Source: Candidatus Colimorpha merdihippi (GTDB lineage Bacteria > Bacteroidota > Bacteroidia > Bacteroidales > P3). From it: a stretch of 53,691 nucleotides of DNA. This document shows positions 27,002 through 39,500 of this stretch, in pieces. Location of the stretch: assembly GCA_018066145.1 (NCBI GenBank), contig JAGHRY010000035.1, forward strand, positions 1 through 53,691. The letters are read 5' to 3'. Within the stretch, counting starts at the first letter, position 1, and every line of letters starts with the position of its first letter. The notes under the pieces were generated by a model. It had not been told where the DNA came from. It ran no database searches and worked only from the letters and a program-made list of their open reading frames with translations. A program made the translations under genes and the position numbers.

Positions 27002-28963
27002 TTACAACTGTAGGAGCTCTTCTAGCGAACCTACTTCCTGACCTGCGGTTTCTTCAGGTACAAGTTGTTCCTCCGGGGCCATGGAGCCCATGTAATCCAC
27101 GGGTTCCTCAGGCATTGGGAGCGGCTCTGCGGGAGGAAGCTGCTCGCCGGGTGCTTGTGCTGGGGCCTGAGGGGCCGCTGCCATCTGGTCCATTTGCTCC
27201 TGCATACCAGCCATCTGCATACCCTGCTGGTCAATCTGCGCCTGCATGTCTCCCATCATAACCTTAGCCATCTGGGTGCTAAGCGAGTCTGCCAAGGTCT
27301 GCGCAATGTCAACGTCTGACAGTTCCAACAGTCGCTTTGCGATGGGCAGCAGGACTTCATTCTCGATAACCTGACGGTTACTGTCGGACCAACCATTGAG
27401 GTTCTGAATGAACGGCTGTGCCAGATCGGTGAGCGCCTGACGCTCCTGGTCTTCCTTCAGTTCCGTAAGGGAACCGACGCGAACCGTGAAGTTGACACCG
27501 GTGGAGGACAGCTCATCGAAGTCTACCTTGATATTCACTCCATCAATCATATCCTCGCAGCCAATGTCAATAAGCTTCAGCCTGGTTTCCTCGTCAACAG
27601 TGATGGTGTGCTCGCCACCCTGCGACTCAATGTACAGGCGGAGTGCCATGTTAGCCCAGTCACCCATGAAGTATTCCACGCGCTTCTGGTACTGATTGAT
27701 GTTGATGGTCTTGTTGTTCTGCTGAGCCTCAACACCGGGGGCAGTCTTGGAGTAACCAACGCCAGCGTCGGCAGCAATGGTACCATCCATGACATTTAGG
27801 TTACGAGTCATGGCGGCAGATACTGCCTCACGGGTCTGTGCCCAGCCAGATAGGATACTGTTGTCAACTTTGACGGGCTCAACCTTGACGTTGTTAGGAT
27901 TGTTACCAATATTCCAAATCTTACGAGGCTCCATCTTGTAGGAGCTAGGGTTAGTTTCCCAGCCACCAACCATAATAGGAGGCTCCATGGCGAGCAGCAG
28001 GTTCTTATAGGCGCTGGTCTGGAACAGGTCGTTGAACTGCTGGTCAGCCAACAGGAACTCAACCTGGCTCAGGCCCAGAGGCCAATCGGGGTCAGGCTCC
28101 AGGCACAGGAAAATCCAAGGGATGCCCTTGCGAGGGTCGTGGTTCTTAACGCGCCTAAACACGGAACCAGTCTTCTCGCAATAGGTGACGAACTCATTGG
28201 CGCCTCGACGATACTCAGTGATAAGTGACACGCTGTGGGTACCAGTGGAGCCCTTGAGCTGGTCGCCAAGCTTCTCGCTTTCCCATTCCTTGCCGGTCCA
28301 AAGCTTGTTCTCGATGATGTACTTGACGGTATCCTCATCGTAAGTAGCGGCTACAGTGTCGGTTTCCTTATCCAGCAGCGCCAGGATTTCATCTTGGGAC
28401 ATGTACTGGCGGAAGTAGACGACCTCAGGCTTACGAATATCGGTGCAATCTGGGTTGATGAAGATGTCTCTCCAATTCTCCAGGTTGTAGGTGATACGAT
28501 AGTCGTCGTCGTAGTCAATCTCAAAGCCCACACGGACAGGTGCAAAGCCGTAGATAAAGGACATCTTGTAGCTGTTGGTCAGATTAGACATCATATCAAT
28601 ACCCTCATACTCAGACCACATGACCTTATTGTCGAACAGGTATTGGAGAACAATGTTCTGCCAGCTATTCTTGTCGTATGGGGTACTCAGCTCGCCATCC
28701 GGGACGCGCTGAATGGTATCACTCAGGGTCTTCCTGAGGATATATTGGACGCTACCTTCGGAGAAATACTTGGTATTGCCCCTGCGGATGCTCCATTCAT
28801 GGATGCTTTTGTTCTTTGCAAGCAGACCATAGAGCTCATGGTGGTTAGTGCGAAGTTGCATTTGCACCTTAGCGGCATCAAACCGGGACTTGAGCTTAGC
28901 AAATCCCGGGTCCTTGATGCTCTCGGCGTCTATGTTCCACTTCTTCTCAGTGGTTTCAGCCAT
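27002..28963 (-). CDS. Portal protein
   Basis: A 653-aa ORF immediately upstream of the capsid gene, TAATG-coupled to the 1,528-aa ORF, with an acidic/Gln-rich C-terminal tail. Called from size and synteny. Confidence 0.55.
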   Translation of the reverse strand: MAETTEKKWNIDAESIKDPGFAKLKSRFDAAKVQMQLRTNHHELYGLLAKNKSIHEWSIRRGNTKYFSEGSVQYILRKTLSDTIQRVPDGELSTPYDKNSWQNIVLQYLFDNKVMWSEYEGIDMMSNLTNSYKMSFIYGFAPVRVGFEIDYDDDYRITYNLENWRDIFINPDCTDIRKPEVVYFRQYMSQDEILALLDKETDTVAATYDEDTVKYIIENKLWTGKEWESEKLGDQLKGSTGTHSVSLITEYRRGANEFVTYCEKTGSVFRRVKNHDPRKGIPWIFLCLEPDPDWPLGLSQVEFLLADQQFNDLFQTSAYKNLLLAMEPPIMVGGWETNPSSYKMEPRKIWNIGNNPNNVKVEPVKVDNSILSGWAQTREAVSAAMTRNLNVMDGTIAADAGVGYSKTAPGVEAQQNNKTININQYQKRVEYFMGDWANMALRLYIESQGGEHTITVDEETRLKLIDIGCEDMIDGVNIKVDFDELSSTGVNFTVRVGSLTELKEDQERQALTDLAQPFIQNLNGWSDSNRQVIENEVLLPIAKRLLELSDVDIAQTLADSLSTQMAKVMMGDMQAQIDQQGMQMAGMQEQMDQMAAAPQAPAQAPGEQLPPAEPLPMPEEPVDYMGSMAPEEQLVPEETAGQEVGSLEELLQL

Positions 28964-31900
28964 TAGTATTCACTCCTCTTGTAAGCGTTGCGGCTGCCTG
29001 CCGTCTGGAAGTCCGGACTCAAGTAGGACTTATTCGCCGAATACGGTGTCTTAGTGTACATGGTGGCCGGCTTGTTAACACTCAAGCTGCCGCCCTTCAT
29101 GTTGTAAATCTTGGGGCTGTATCCAGAGCCACCACCACTGGAGCTGTAGCTATAGGCATTGCCCCCTCCAGAGCTACTTCCATAAGAATTACCTCCAGAT
29201 GAATTATTGCTAGAAAGGTCTGCGTCATCGAGTTTCTTCTGTAGTTCTTCTTTCTTTGCCTTGTATTCATCTTGGAACTCTTTGACAAACTCGGAATCCT
29301 TGTTAGGAACATCATGTCGCTGATAAGCGGTGGTTCCATCGTCACGGAAGGACTCTGTGCGGAAGTCGCCTTCGTTACCTTCCTTGCCAGACTTGGTAGC
29401 AGAGACGTCACGGAAGTAGTCGTTATCGGTTTCAGGGCTAGTGAACCAGCCAAGCCATGTCATTTTGTCACCATAATTGTAACGTTTGGTGTTTCCGTTC
29501 TCGTCATATTGCCCAAGCATTTCAATCTGAGTGCCCTCTTCGACGTTGTATACCTTGGAATCGTAGACAACCCCATCGTATGCCAGCGTGTCAAGTGCTC
29601 TAAAGATTTCACCCTTGTCAGCCTGAACGCCAGCAAGGAGGGTCCAGTAGTCATCAGTGTGACCAGAGAATTCTCCGTTAGCCTTCATTCTACGCAGTTC
29701 AATCTCTCGGTCAGTCAATGCATCCAGTCTGTCGCCGAGCGCATCTTTAACCATGAAAGCGTCTTTAGGGGTGATGACGAACGAATCTTCGGCGGCATCA
29801 ACCTCGTCCTTGTATTGGCTTATGACGTCGAGGATATGTTCCGCGTACATTCTTTCTGCGAGTTCTCCATCTTCAAGATGGTTGCTACTTAGGTACTGCT
29901 CATACCCATTTCCATCAGCAATAGCCTTCAGCTTCTCGTCGGGGTCATGCTCGTATCCGTCATTATTGCGACCATAGCGAGCAAACCCATTGCCATGGAT
30001 CCAGCTGTCAATGTTTCCAAGCAGCGCGAGCAAATCGTTCTTGTCGGCCGCCCTTGCAAACATTCGCTCAAATTCAGAGTCGCGGTATACTTCTTTGCCG
30101 TTCTCATCGAGGCGATAGTTGGGATTACGCCTGAGCTCATCTGACATCAGGTAGTCTTGCATCTGATAGAGACCCATTGGCTTGGTAACGTAGTCAAGCG
30201 TGTATATGAGCTTATCAAGCATGATCTTTGAAGGATCATATTTGCCAATAGACTTAATAGTCTTAGGTAGGTTAATCAATGCATCAACGCATTTAATAAC
30301 CTTATTGGTACCAAATATGTCATAGAAGCCAAAGCTAAACATCTTAGCTGCTCCAGCATAATCGTGCGTTTGATTCGCAAAACATAAAGCCATAGACAAC
30401 GGCGCTGCCCACTGGAATAAGTCATCCATAAACCATGATTGGTGCAATGGAATAGGCTCGTCGCTCCAGGGTACATGAATCTTCCACTCCCATGGATAGT
30501 AATACTTTTTCGGGTCATCAGGTGGCTCAATGCCTCCACTGAGTCCGATAGCTACAGCGAACACCGCAGTCATCAGCGATGTTTGGCCGAGCTTCATCAT
30601 ATCGAAGAGAAGAGCTTTCTTCCAGCCCTTCTCGTCAATGCCGCCAATTTGCAGCTCTTTGAGGTCAGGATTCTTGCTCTTACAAGTAACAATCCATGAG
30701 ATGGTATTGCTAAAGGGTGTAAACAATTCAAAAGCACGGACGCCATAAGTAATGAAAGGTGATCCAAGAATAATGGAAATAAGAGCATTACTCATTCCGT
30801 GCGCTCTAAGCAGGTCATTAACTGTCTCTGACAACGGGCTAATACGTGCAGCGTATAGGTTATTCGTCATAACCAATGCCTGCTTTGCTTCACCATGGAG
30901 CATCAATTCAGAGAAGAACTTGTCTGGATTAACCTTGAATCCCTGTTCAAGTTGCTGAGCAGTTATACCTTTTGTGAACGCCAATTCGCCAAGTAAGGCA
31001 TCAGTGAAGGTGCTCGTCTCAAGCTTATTGAGGCCAAATGCACCTGACTGAATCTTCTCTGAGAAATCATTTACGAACTGTTGTGCCTTCTTTACCTTAG
31101 TAGACTCAACATTAATTGAACCCTCAAGAATAAACTTTTGCGCATTTTGCAGCGTCCACGGTTGACGAGTGTCAGCAAAAGCTTGTACGAAATCGAAACC
31201 AGATCCAGCGCGGAACAACAGCTGTAGCGCTTTAATTCGCTCCTGATGCTGTACGTCCTTGTCTAGCTCTCGTAGATACGGAGTCTTTGTGTATCTCGTA
31301 TCACCGTTACGAAGCAAGGCAGAAGCCATCTTTGTTTCAAGGTTTCCTACACCATGTTCCGGGGCGCCGGTAACCAGTAGTCGAATATCTCCAAGAATGT
31401 GGATAGTTGAAGCGAGAGCTACGAACGATCCAGTCCATGAGTCTATCTTACTAGCAGTAAGCTTGCCGTCTTTCATAACAGCTCCGGCTCGCTGCCTTTG
31501 CTTCAAGATACCCTGTTTAGCTCTCTCGGTGCGCTCTTTGGCACTCTCTGCTGCTTCTGGATAGCCTTCGCCCATGACGTCAGCAAACATGAGGTTAGCA
31601 AGAGCTTCTTCGCCAACACTCCCTTCTCCAACCAATGAGACGCCATATTCAACCGGGTCTGAGTCAGTTAGTCGGCACATGGCCCTAACTTGATTCTCCC
31701 AAGCATAGAGCTTCTGGATGTCGCCGGTAGTATGAACATGCTCAACAAGTGCGTCCCTGGTTGCATTATTAGTAGCAACAAGTTCGTCTTCGAGCTCAGA
31801 GATACTGATTCCTCGCTTTCGTGCAACTACTTCCTTCATCTCTTGCGTCATAACTGCGACAGGGAAACGAGGCTCCTTGTAGCCGCGATGAGCTTCCTTG

Positions 31901-33549
31901 TTCATGTCAGTCATTCCAAGAGGATGTCCCCAGGCATCAGACTGGGAAGAAGCAAGCATGCAATCAATGGCGTCAATATATGCGTTCTTAAACAGCGGAG
32001 TTTCAGGGTCCTTCTTGCCGTCATACATCTTGCCATCTGCGTCCTTCGAGAACGCTAAGGCGCAGCGAACAAACTGGTCAATCAAAGCTCGATTGGTCAT
32101 AGGGTCCAGGTCGTAGAATTCTGCAAACTGCTGTCGGGCAGCTGCTACTTCAGGGATGTCCTGCGAGTATGCAGACTTGGTTTTCTGGTCGTAATGAACC
32201 TTCTGTCCTTCTACGTTAAGGAAGCCAAAGAGGAAGTCTCGCGCAATAGCGTCTTGGTACTCAAGGTCCTTGCGTGCCTTGCGCTCACGAACGATGTCGG
32301 CCTGGCCCTCTTCAAACATTCCGGTCTGATAGTAATGAGCCATTGCTGCCCAGTATTCAGGGTCCTTTGCCTGAATCTGCTCGTCGATCGACTGCTTGTA
32401 GTCAGACTGTCCCAGCCTTGTTTCATTGAGCCATTTAGCCAGATCGAGCTCAGTCATAGAACTCTTACCTGGCAAGCTATCAAGGTAAGCAGACCTATTA
32501 TTTACAGGAATATGCTGACCCTCAAGCGCCTCGCCATCCTCGTTGTAGGCCGTGTTTGCGTCGTTGGTAGCAAAGCCTGCAACAGATGGCTTCTCAAGTC
32601 CATCGCCTTCAATGTCAGCTAGAGTAAGCGGTTGGCCCTCTTCCCCGACAACTACGGGAACCTCGTCAGCTATGAACCTGTTGAGGTCTTTAGGTCTAGG
32701 AGGCTTGTCTTTTTTGCCTTTCGCTTGGCTATGTGCTGCGTTAGTCTCAGCAATAAGGTCTCTGAATTGCTCTTCAGTCCAGCCGCCTTCTTCGTCTAGC
32801 CAGTGGGGAACCTCTCCCCTTAGCCACTTACCGGCTTGGTGCTTCATGTCCCTATCCCAGTTACCTGTAGGATGGGTGAGCCACCAGTGCGAGCCGTATT
32901 CCTTGTGTGCAAGGTTTTCCGGCCTAATCTTTGAGTTCATCTCTGGATGCTGTTTTAGGAATTCTCTCCAGTATCTCAATGAAGACTCTGGGTTTGTGTC
33001 TAAGAAATCACGGTAACCGTGCTTTGCGGCATAGTCGTAAGATGCCTTCTTGGACATCATCTTTCTGGACTTGCTTGCATTTGCTGTAGAAACTGTAGGA
33101 GCTATAGGCTCTATAAGCTCGTTGGCTGCCTTCTTCCTCTTATTGTGTTCTTCGTCATCTTCTTCATACAGCATGCCACCAGACTGGTTATCTTGTGACA
33201 ATGTACGAACCGAGGCATCAACCGGGGCTTGTTCTATTTGACTAGCGGTGTGAGGTGTTCCAGTATCAAACCCAGCTGGGGCCGGCTCGGTTGTACCCGA
33301 GTCGGCCCTCTTAAATGCTAAGTTCTTAGGTAGTGGAACAGCACTGCTTTCAGGTTCCTCGACAGCAGCAATCTCGTCTTCGTCGGCAACACCAGAGTAA
33401 TTGCCTTCGGTTAGAGAGTTCACGATACGACGACTCGTTCCCTGGGTGCGTCCCTCAAGATGCTGGTTCTCGTCTATAACAGCGCCCTCTGCCTGTTCGG
33501 TGGATGTCTTGTTTTTTCTGAATCCACCTTGCATCTGAGATAAGTTCAT
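28963..33549 (-). CDS. Giant internal virion / ejection protein candidate (1,528 aa)
   Basis: RBS AAGGTGG. Low-complexity N-terminus, hydrophobic segments (..LISIILGSPFITYG.., ..LMTAVFAVAIGLSGG..) and a Gly/Ser/Tyr-rich C-terminus. Confidence 0.5.
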   Translation of the reverse strand: MNLSQMQGGFRKNKTSTEQAEGAVIDENQHLEGRTQGTSRRIVNSLTEGNYSGVADEDEIAAVEEPESSAVPLPKNLAFKRADSGTTEPAPAGFDTGTPHTASQIEQAPVDASVRTLSQDNQSGGMLYEEDDEEHNKRKKAANELIEPIAPTVSTANASKSRKMMSKKASYDYAAKHGYRDFLDTNPESSLRYWREFLKQHPEMNSKIRPENLAHKEYGSHWWLTHPTGNWDRDMKHQAGKWLRGEVPHWLDEEGGWTEEQFRDLIAETNAAHSQAKGKKDKPPRPKDLNRFIADEVPVVVGEEGQPLTLADIEGDGLEKPSVAGFATNDANTAYNEDGEALEGQHIPVNNRSAYLDSLPGKSSMTELDLAKWLNETRLGQSDYKQSIDEQIQAKDPEYWAAMAHYYQTGMFEEGQADIVRERKARKDLEYQDAIARDFLFGFLNVEGQKVHYDQKTKSAYSQDIPEVAAARQQFAEFYDLDPMTNRALIDQFVRCALAFSKDADGKMYDGKKDPETPLFKNAYIDAIDCMLASSQSDAWGHPLGMTDMNKEAHRGYKEPRFPVAVMTQEMKEVVARKRGISISELEDELVATNNATRDALVEHVHTTGDIQKLYAWENQVRAMCRLTDSDPVEYGVSLVGEGSVGEEALANLMFADVMGEGYPEAAESAKERTERAKQGILKQRQRAGAVMKDGKLTASKIDSWTGSFVALASTIHILGDIRLLVTGAPEHGVGNLETKMASALLRNGDTRYTKTPYLRELDKDVQHQERIKALQLLFRAGSGFDFVQAFADTRQPWTLQNAQKFILEGSINVESTKVKKAQQFVNDFSEKIQSGAFGLNKLETSTFTDALLGELAFTKGITAQQLEQGFKVNPDKFFSELMLHGEAKQALVMTNNLYAARISPLSETVNDLLRAHGMSNALISIILGSPFITYGVRAFELFTPFSNTISWIVTCKSKNPDLKELQIGGIDEKGWKKALLFDMMKLGQTSLMTAVFAVAIGLSGGIEPPDDPKKYYYPWEWKIHVPWSDEPIPLHQSWFMDDLFQWAAPLSMALCFANQTHDYAGAAKMFSFGFYDIFGTNKVIKCVDALINLPKTIKSIGKYDPSKIMLDKLIYTLDYVTKPMGLYQMQDYLMSDELRRNPNYRLDENGKEVYRDSEFERMFARAADKNDLLALLGNIDSWIHGNGFARYGRNNDGYEHDPDEKLKAIADGNGYEQYLSSNHLEDGELAERMYAEHILDVISQYKDEVDAAEDSFVITPKDAFMVKDALGDRLDALTDREIELRRMKANGEFSGHTDDYWTLLAGVQADKGEIFRALDTLAYDGVVYDSKVYNVEEGTQIEMLGQYDENGNTKRYNYGDKMTWLGWFTSPETDNDYFRDVSATKSGKEGNEGDFRTESFRDDGTTAYQRHDVPNKDSEFVKEFQDEYKAKKEELQKKLDDADLSSNNSSGGNSYGSSSGGGNAYSYSSSGGGSGYSPKIYNMKGGSLSVNKPATMYTKTPYSANKSYLSPDFQTAGSRNAYKRSEY

Positions 33550-33580
33550 TTATCACCACCTTATTCCGACTATACCTCTA

Positions 33581-36500
33581 TTATACCACGGATGAGCTGC
33601 CTTTGTAAGCAGTTAAGACTCGCTCTTGAGCCGCCTGTCCAACTTGCTCGTTGAGTCCAAGCTTAGAGAATACAGCGTTTCTAACCTTACAAACGAAGTC
33701 GTCTTCCGGCGTGAACCGTCTACGAGACTTCTTCTTGTTAACTTCGTCTCGCGCCTCATTAAGCCTTCTAGCGACATACACCCTGGTTCTGTATTCGTAG
33801 TTAACCCACGGCTTCAAAGTGTATGCACCGTTAGCGAGGAAGGCGTCAAGGTCCTGAGATGGCCTAAGGAATATAGCCTCTCCATCTTCTCCATTGATCC
33901 AGTCTTTAACCATCTTGTCTACTTGTCCAAACTCAAAGCCAAGGTCGGTGGCCTCTGTAACCCTGTGCCTCGGCTCTGCCTTGGTGGTTCGCTCGGTCTT
34001 TTGGTCTGATGCACCAAAGCTTTCATCGGGTGCGTCAACCATCTCGAACTTACGAAGCAACTTGTGCCTCACTGAATCGGGAGCAGTCCCGGACACAGCA
34101 TAACGGAGAGCGGTGACGAAGTCCATTGGAGTACCCTGTCCTCCATGCAGCATCATCTGCAAGGACAAGAACTCCATCTGAGCAGCAGACAAACCGGGTC
34201 GAGTGGTCATCGAGTTATCTTCACTGAAGAAGCCCCAAGACGCATAAATATTCTCCCAGGTATAGCCAGGCTTGTTGCCTTCCTTCCATTCGACTTGCAT
34301 CTGCATAACAAGATTATTCTTGCCTGCATCTTGGCAACAACGGAACAAATGATTCATGGAACCATCGTCCGTGTTCTCGGGACAGAACTGAGGCATCATA
34401 GTATTAAAGAAGCGGAGGAATCCGTCTTGCCACTCGATACTCATTTCCATCATCATTTCCCACTCAAAGAAGTTGTTAGCCCTCTTTTGGACACCATCGA
34501 CCTCATACTTGTTAGCAAAGAAGTCACTAGGATTGACGTTAATCTTCCTAAGCCTCTTAACTACCTGCTTCATCCAAGCATCAAGATCGGGGTCTGTATG
34601 GAACTGAGTAACAGAATCAAACCTCTTTGGGTCAACTCGGCCCGCCAATAGTTCCTTCTTTAGCTCGGCATCGAGAGGAAGGAACCCTTCATGCTCTGCA
34701 ATATTGTAACGCCAGCGGTCGTTCTTAAACGTCATACCCATCATAGTTAGCATGGTGTCTCGCCTACGGTTGGAGCCAAGGCGACGACCAGATGTGGTGG
34801 CTTCAGCAACGAATACGTCAACGTTTGTACCATCAGACAGCGCGTGGTCCTTAATCCACCTAGTAAACATCATTGTCTTATTGGCCGCACAGAAGCCCTC
34901 AAAGAACTTGAAGAAGCGGTCTTTCATACTTGCTGTGTTAGACCACTCCATAGAGATGCTTGAATTAGCATCATCGAACGCCAAGTCTGTGACCTTGTAC
35001 TTAATCGGAACATCTCGGGACGTATGCTTATATTCCGGGAACGGAATAATAGGAGCATAGTAGACTTCCTTGATTGCCGAGTTGTACGGGTCGGTCAAGG
35101 TAACCTTTGCAAAACCAATACATTCACCAGGTCTACCTTCCTCTAAGAAAGCTTGGTCGGGGTTCTTTGACCACTTATCGAGGAACGCATTAATCAGCTT
35201 GGTATTCTTCTTGATAACAGCGCTCGCCAGGTTGTTGGCTTCGTTGACTCTGAAGTCAATATTGATAGTGTCGGGGTCGCCGTATGCGATGTGTTCGATG
35301 TCCTCTACGGTGCAGACCTCGTACTTAGCACGCCACATAGAGTGGTCGCTGCCATGTCCATCACTAGAATCAAGGGTGTCCATGAACATAGTCTGAACAT
35401 TGTCTGTCCAGGCAGTTCCAGCCTTCCTGGTTCCAGCGCTATTGAAGTGGACCTTATCGCCGAAGCTCTCGGTGCCAAAAGCACCTGCGTCTGCGTAAGG
35501 ATTACGACCATGAGCGTCCTCACACACAAGCGTCAGGTTGCTGGGGTCGCCATTCCAACTAGCAGAAGTGCACGTACCAAAGCCGTTTAGAATCATGTCG
35601 AAACACGGGACGCCGTTATATACGGAATTACCCATCTGCTCTACAACGTAGCCAGCGAAATCAGGATACCTCTTCATCCACACACCGAGGACGTTGTCGT
35701 CCTCGAAAAGCAGCGATGTTCCAGCCTCGAACGCTTCCTTAAACGCACGGTCTATAGACTCAGGAGACGCATCGGAGCCAATCAGAACGACGTTTGTGAT
35801 CCCGGGAACCTTATGTACCTCATAAGAATCAGCTGTCACGTATCCAACCATCTTGTAGCCAAAACCAATTCCGACATCGCTGGTGTTCTTCTTCTTATAC
35901 TCATCCTTAAGCCTGGTGCTGAGCGAGGACAACTGCTTAGGAGTCATAATCTCAAGCTCTCCATTTTGCTCGGCGAGTCTCTGGATGAGATTGTAGTTAC
36001 GCTCAAAGGAGCTTACTCGCTTATCCTTTGCTCCATACTTAGTCTGCTCACGCATTGATACGAAGCAAGGAACAGAGAGGACGATACCCCAAGCATCGGC
36101 TTCGCCGGTCATGCCTGTTGCGTCAGCCTCAGTCACCATCAGGTCCAGGACATCGTTCATCACTTCAGCGGCGTCCTTATTGTTCTTAACTTCACTCAAG
36201 TCAGGAAGCGTAGCTGCGACCGTCGTGTTCAGTCGGGAAGAAATCTGTCGCAAGGAACGGATACAGAACGACGGATACTCCTCGCCGGTTTCCTCGTCGG
36301 TTTCAATCTGAGGAACAACAATCCACCTAGCAAGGTTCATGTAGTGCTCAAGCTGCATGCTCTTGTAACCAAGCTTCTCGTTTGCTGCCATCATACGCTT
36401 AGCGTACATCGAACGAACCTTCTCGATTGCCAGCTCCGGGTCTACACCTTGGTTCAGCATGTTCCACCAGATTGTAGCAACTCCAGGATTGTTAGGGTCT

Positions 36501-39500
36501 TCGTTGAACATCCAGGACTCAAAGCTGCTTTCGTTAAGATCGAACCTACCTCGCTTAGAGATACTGTCTGTTCCATCGTCAGAGGTCTTCTTGATCTTCA
36601 GGTTGTTCTTCTCTGAAGAATCCTTACGCTTCAAGATAAAGAAGTTGGAACTACTTGTAATCATCGGCGAGGTGTCCTTACCTTTACGCATAATGCGCAG
36701 CAAGGGGTCAGTGAACTCTTCGTTAGGTGCATAAACGATAGCCTCAGACTGTCCATCATAAGATACACCTTCGGACGTCGGGCTACCAACGAGCCTTTGC
36801 CGTACCTCTTCGTCTGTGTTCGCGTCAACCTTCAGGTAACAGTCAGGACTAAACGGCATCAGCAATTGGATAAGACTAAACTGCTTAGTCATAACGCCTT
36901 CGTTACCGGTACTGATACTGGTCTTGGCGCCATTGTGGGTGTCAACACATTTCCAGAACACTGCGACGGAAGCATCGTCTACCTCAGCCCAGGACCAATC
37001 AGCCTCAGAACTGCCTCTTTTGTACACTTCTTGGACTTCTGCTGCATACTTCAGTACCAGTTCGTTTAGCTTAGACTTGGTCCTATCTGGCAGCTTGAGG
37101 TCAGGAAGTGCAGGGTTATCCAAGTCGATTGCCGCCAAAGTCTCAATAAGCTGGTCTTTAGCTTTAATAATATTAGTCTTCATGCCGCCTCGACCAATAT
37201 TGTCATGCTTGAACAATAGATGGCACATGCCGTTGAATCCAGGATGGTCGGTCATTATCTGGAAGGCTTCTTCCTGTCGCGTCCACCTCTTCTCCGTATT
37301 TGCAGCATACTTTACTCGACCCTTCTTGTCGATATACGCAGAAGTAGCAACGAATAGATTACACAGTTGAGGATACTCTTGAAGGACAGTGAATAGGTCT
37401 GCGTCAGATTCGATGCCAAGAGCTGACCTGCTTAGGATACAGGGGTTACCGTAGTCATCGTAGGTCTGAAGAACCTGGTCAAAAACAAGGACATTAATCA
37501 GGTCTCGCTTGGTGAGGCGGTCGTAACCAACCTGTTCCATAACAAAGTCGTCACCGGATTCAATCTCCTGAATGAAACCACCGATCTTGTTGTTTGCGAG
37601 TGCGGTATAGAGATGTTCCTGCTGCTCCTGCTGCTGTGACTTTTCAGACTCAGAGTAAGTAGGAAATGCTGTTGACGCTGTAGCATCTGCCCAGATGTCT
37701 TCTGATACAGCTTGCAAACGACGCGGGAACATACGAATGTTATTAAGAGCCTTTTCGAACTCGTCAAAGTCAGGTTCGCCGTCTTCATTCTTGAACACAA
37801 ATGGGTGCTCGTTGATTTCACCCTTTTTGTTCTTGTATGGAGACAAGACATCCATAGCAGACTTGAGACCTATGCCACTAGCTTCTTCCCATCCAACGAT
37901 ATTTGTTCCTGCGTAGTTACTAGCAGGGTCAAGTTCGAGCTCGTACAGGACAGAATTCTCGTGCATCTTAATCCAGCCACCATGGTCGATAACCAGGTCT
38001 TTGATGATGAGCCTCTTGGTCTTACCCGGAACGGTTACGTCCAGCATGAAATCATCCAGCGTCTCCCAGTTGCCAATCATCTCTGGAGTACAGGATGTCG
38101 CGAGCGGTTCCATACTGAGCGACATGCGGCGCAAAGTCTTTGCTCCACCCTTAATTCGATGACAAAATGCACGGAACTGTTCATCAGTAAGGCTTGCCAG
38201 AATTTCCCATGTATCACTAGAGGACTTGAGTACGGCCTGTTCGTTAGCAAGGTACTGTTCCAAGACCGCCTGCTGCTCTTCAGATTCACATTCAGCAATC
38301 TGTTGGCTTAGCTTAGCAATACGCATTGTACGCCAGTCGTAAACCATAGCCATACGAATCGAATCCAAATCGTATCCACGAAGCATCGCTTGTCCGTAGT
38401 AGGACTTCTCGAAACCAACGGGGTTGTCCATGTTGTAATAAGCAAACATGTCAGGATGGGTTCCAGCCAACACGTCTACATACTTTCGGGATAACACATG
38501 AACGTTCTGCATTGAAGTATCATCAAGGCTGTTCCTCACAGAGCGATAGCGCTCAAGGATGTTCTTCATAGACGCAAAAGCTTGCACCGAAACCTTCTCG
38601 TAATCTGCCGCAGCAGAAGTGCGGGAGTCTGCTAGAGACAAAATGAAGTCAACCCAACCATCAACGCCGTTGCCTACAATGTTGTCACGAGACTTATGCT
38701 TCCGGTTAGTTGAGAAGTTAAAGTGGTTCTTGTATGCAAACTCTCGAATAGTCTTATGCTTATAGATGTGAGCTACGTATAGCTCTGGGGTTTCGTTCTT
38801 CTTACCTTTGTTCTTAATGTAAAGAGAAGAATCGTAGGGGAGGCTATCGAACTGTTCTCCATTGCGCGTCTTCTTCTTGAGGGTAGACTCTCCTGCGAAA
38901 TGGATACCATTTATAAGCTTGTCTCCAATAATGGTACCAAAGGAATAATCGCCATAAACATCCAGGAAAGGCTTGACAAATTCATTATTCTTCGTAAGAA
39001 GCTTGCCATCCTTGCTCAAGGTAATGTTGATTTGCTTCATGTCAGTACCCTCGATGACAGACAGGTTGACGTCAAGAGACTTACTTGCCAGGTCTGCACG
39101 GGAGATGTACTCATTCCAAGCATTAGCGAAAGCCTTAAAGAACTCTGCTGGTTCTCCATTGTACTTCGGGTCGTTCGGTAGGCCGCATCCATACTTGGGG
39201 TCATGGATGATGAAATTGCGCTTCCTCTCTGACTTCTTCAATTTTGTGGTATCGAAGGTTTTAGCAGATGCAGCTTCGGCCATTAGACCGATAGTGGTCA
39301 TCGCTGCGCTCTTGTACATGCCATCTTCGCCAACAAACAGACTCGGGTTTCGCTTAATCGACTTCATAATTGAAGCAGTCTGACGGAACTGAACTGCACC
39401 CTTCGGGTCGTCTTCAAGTTCCAAAGCGTGAGACACTAGGAACTCACCCCAGTTAGCACCGAGGGTTCCGGTTGTTGCCTGGGCTGCAAGCTTCCACTGC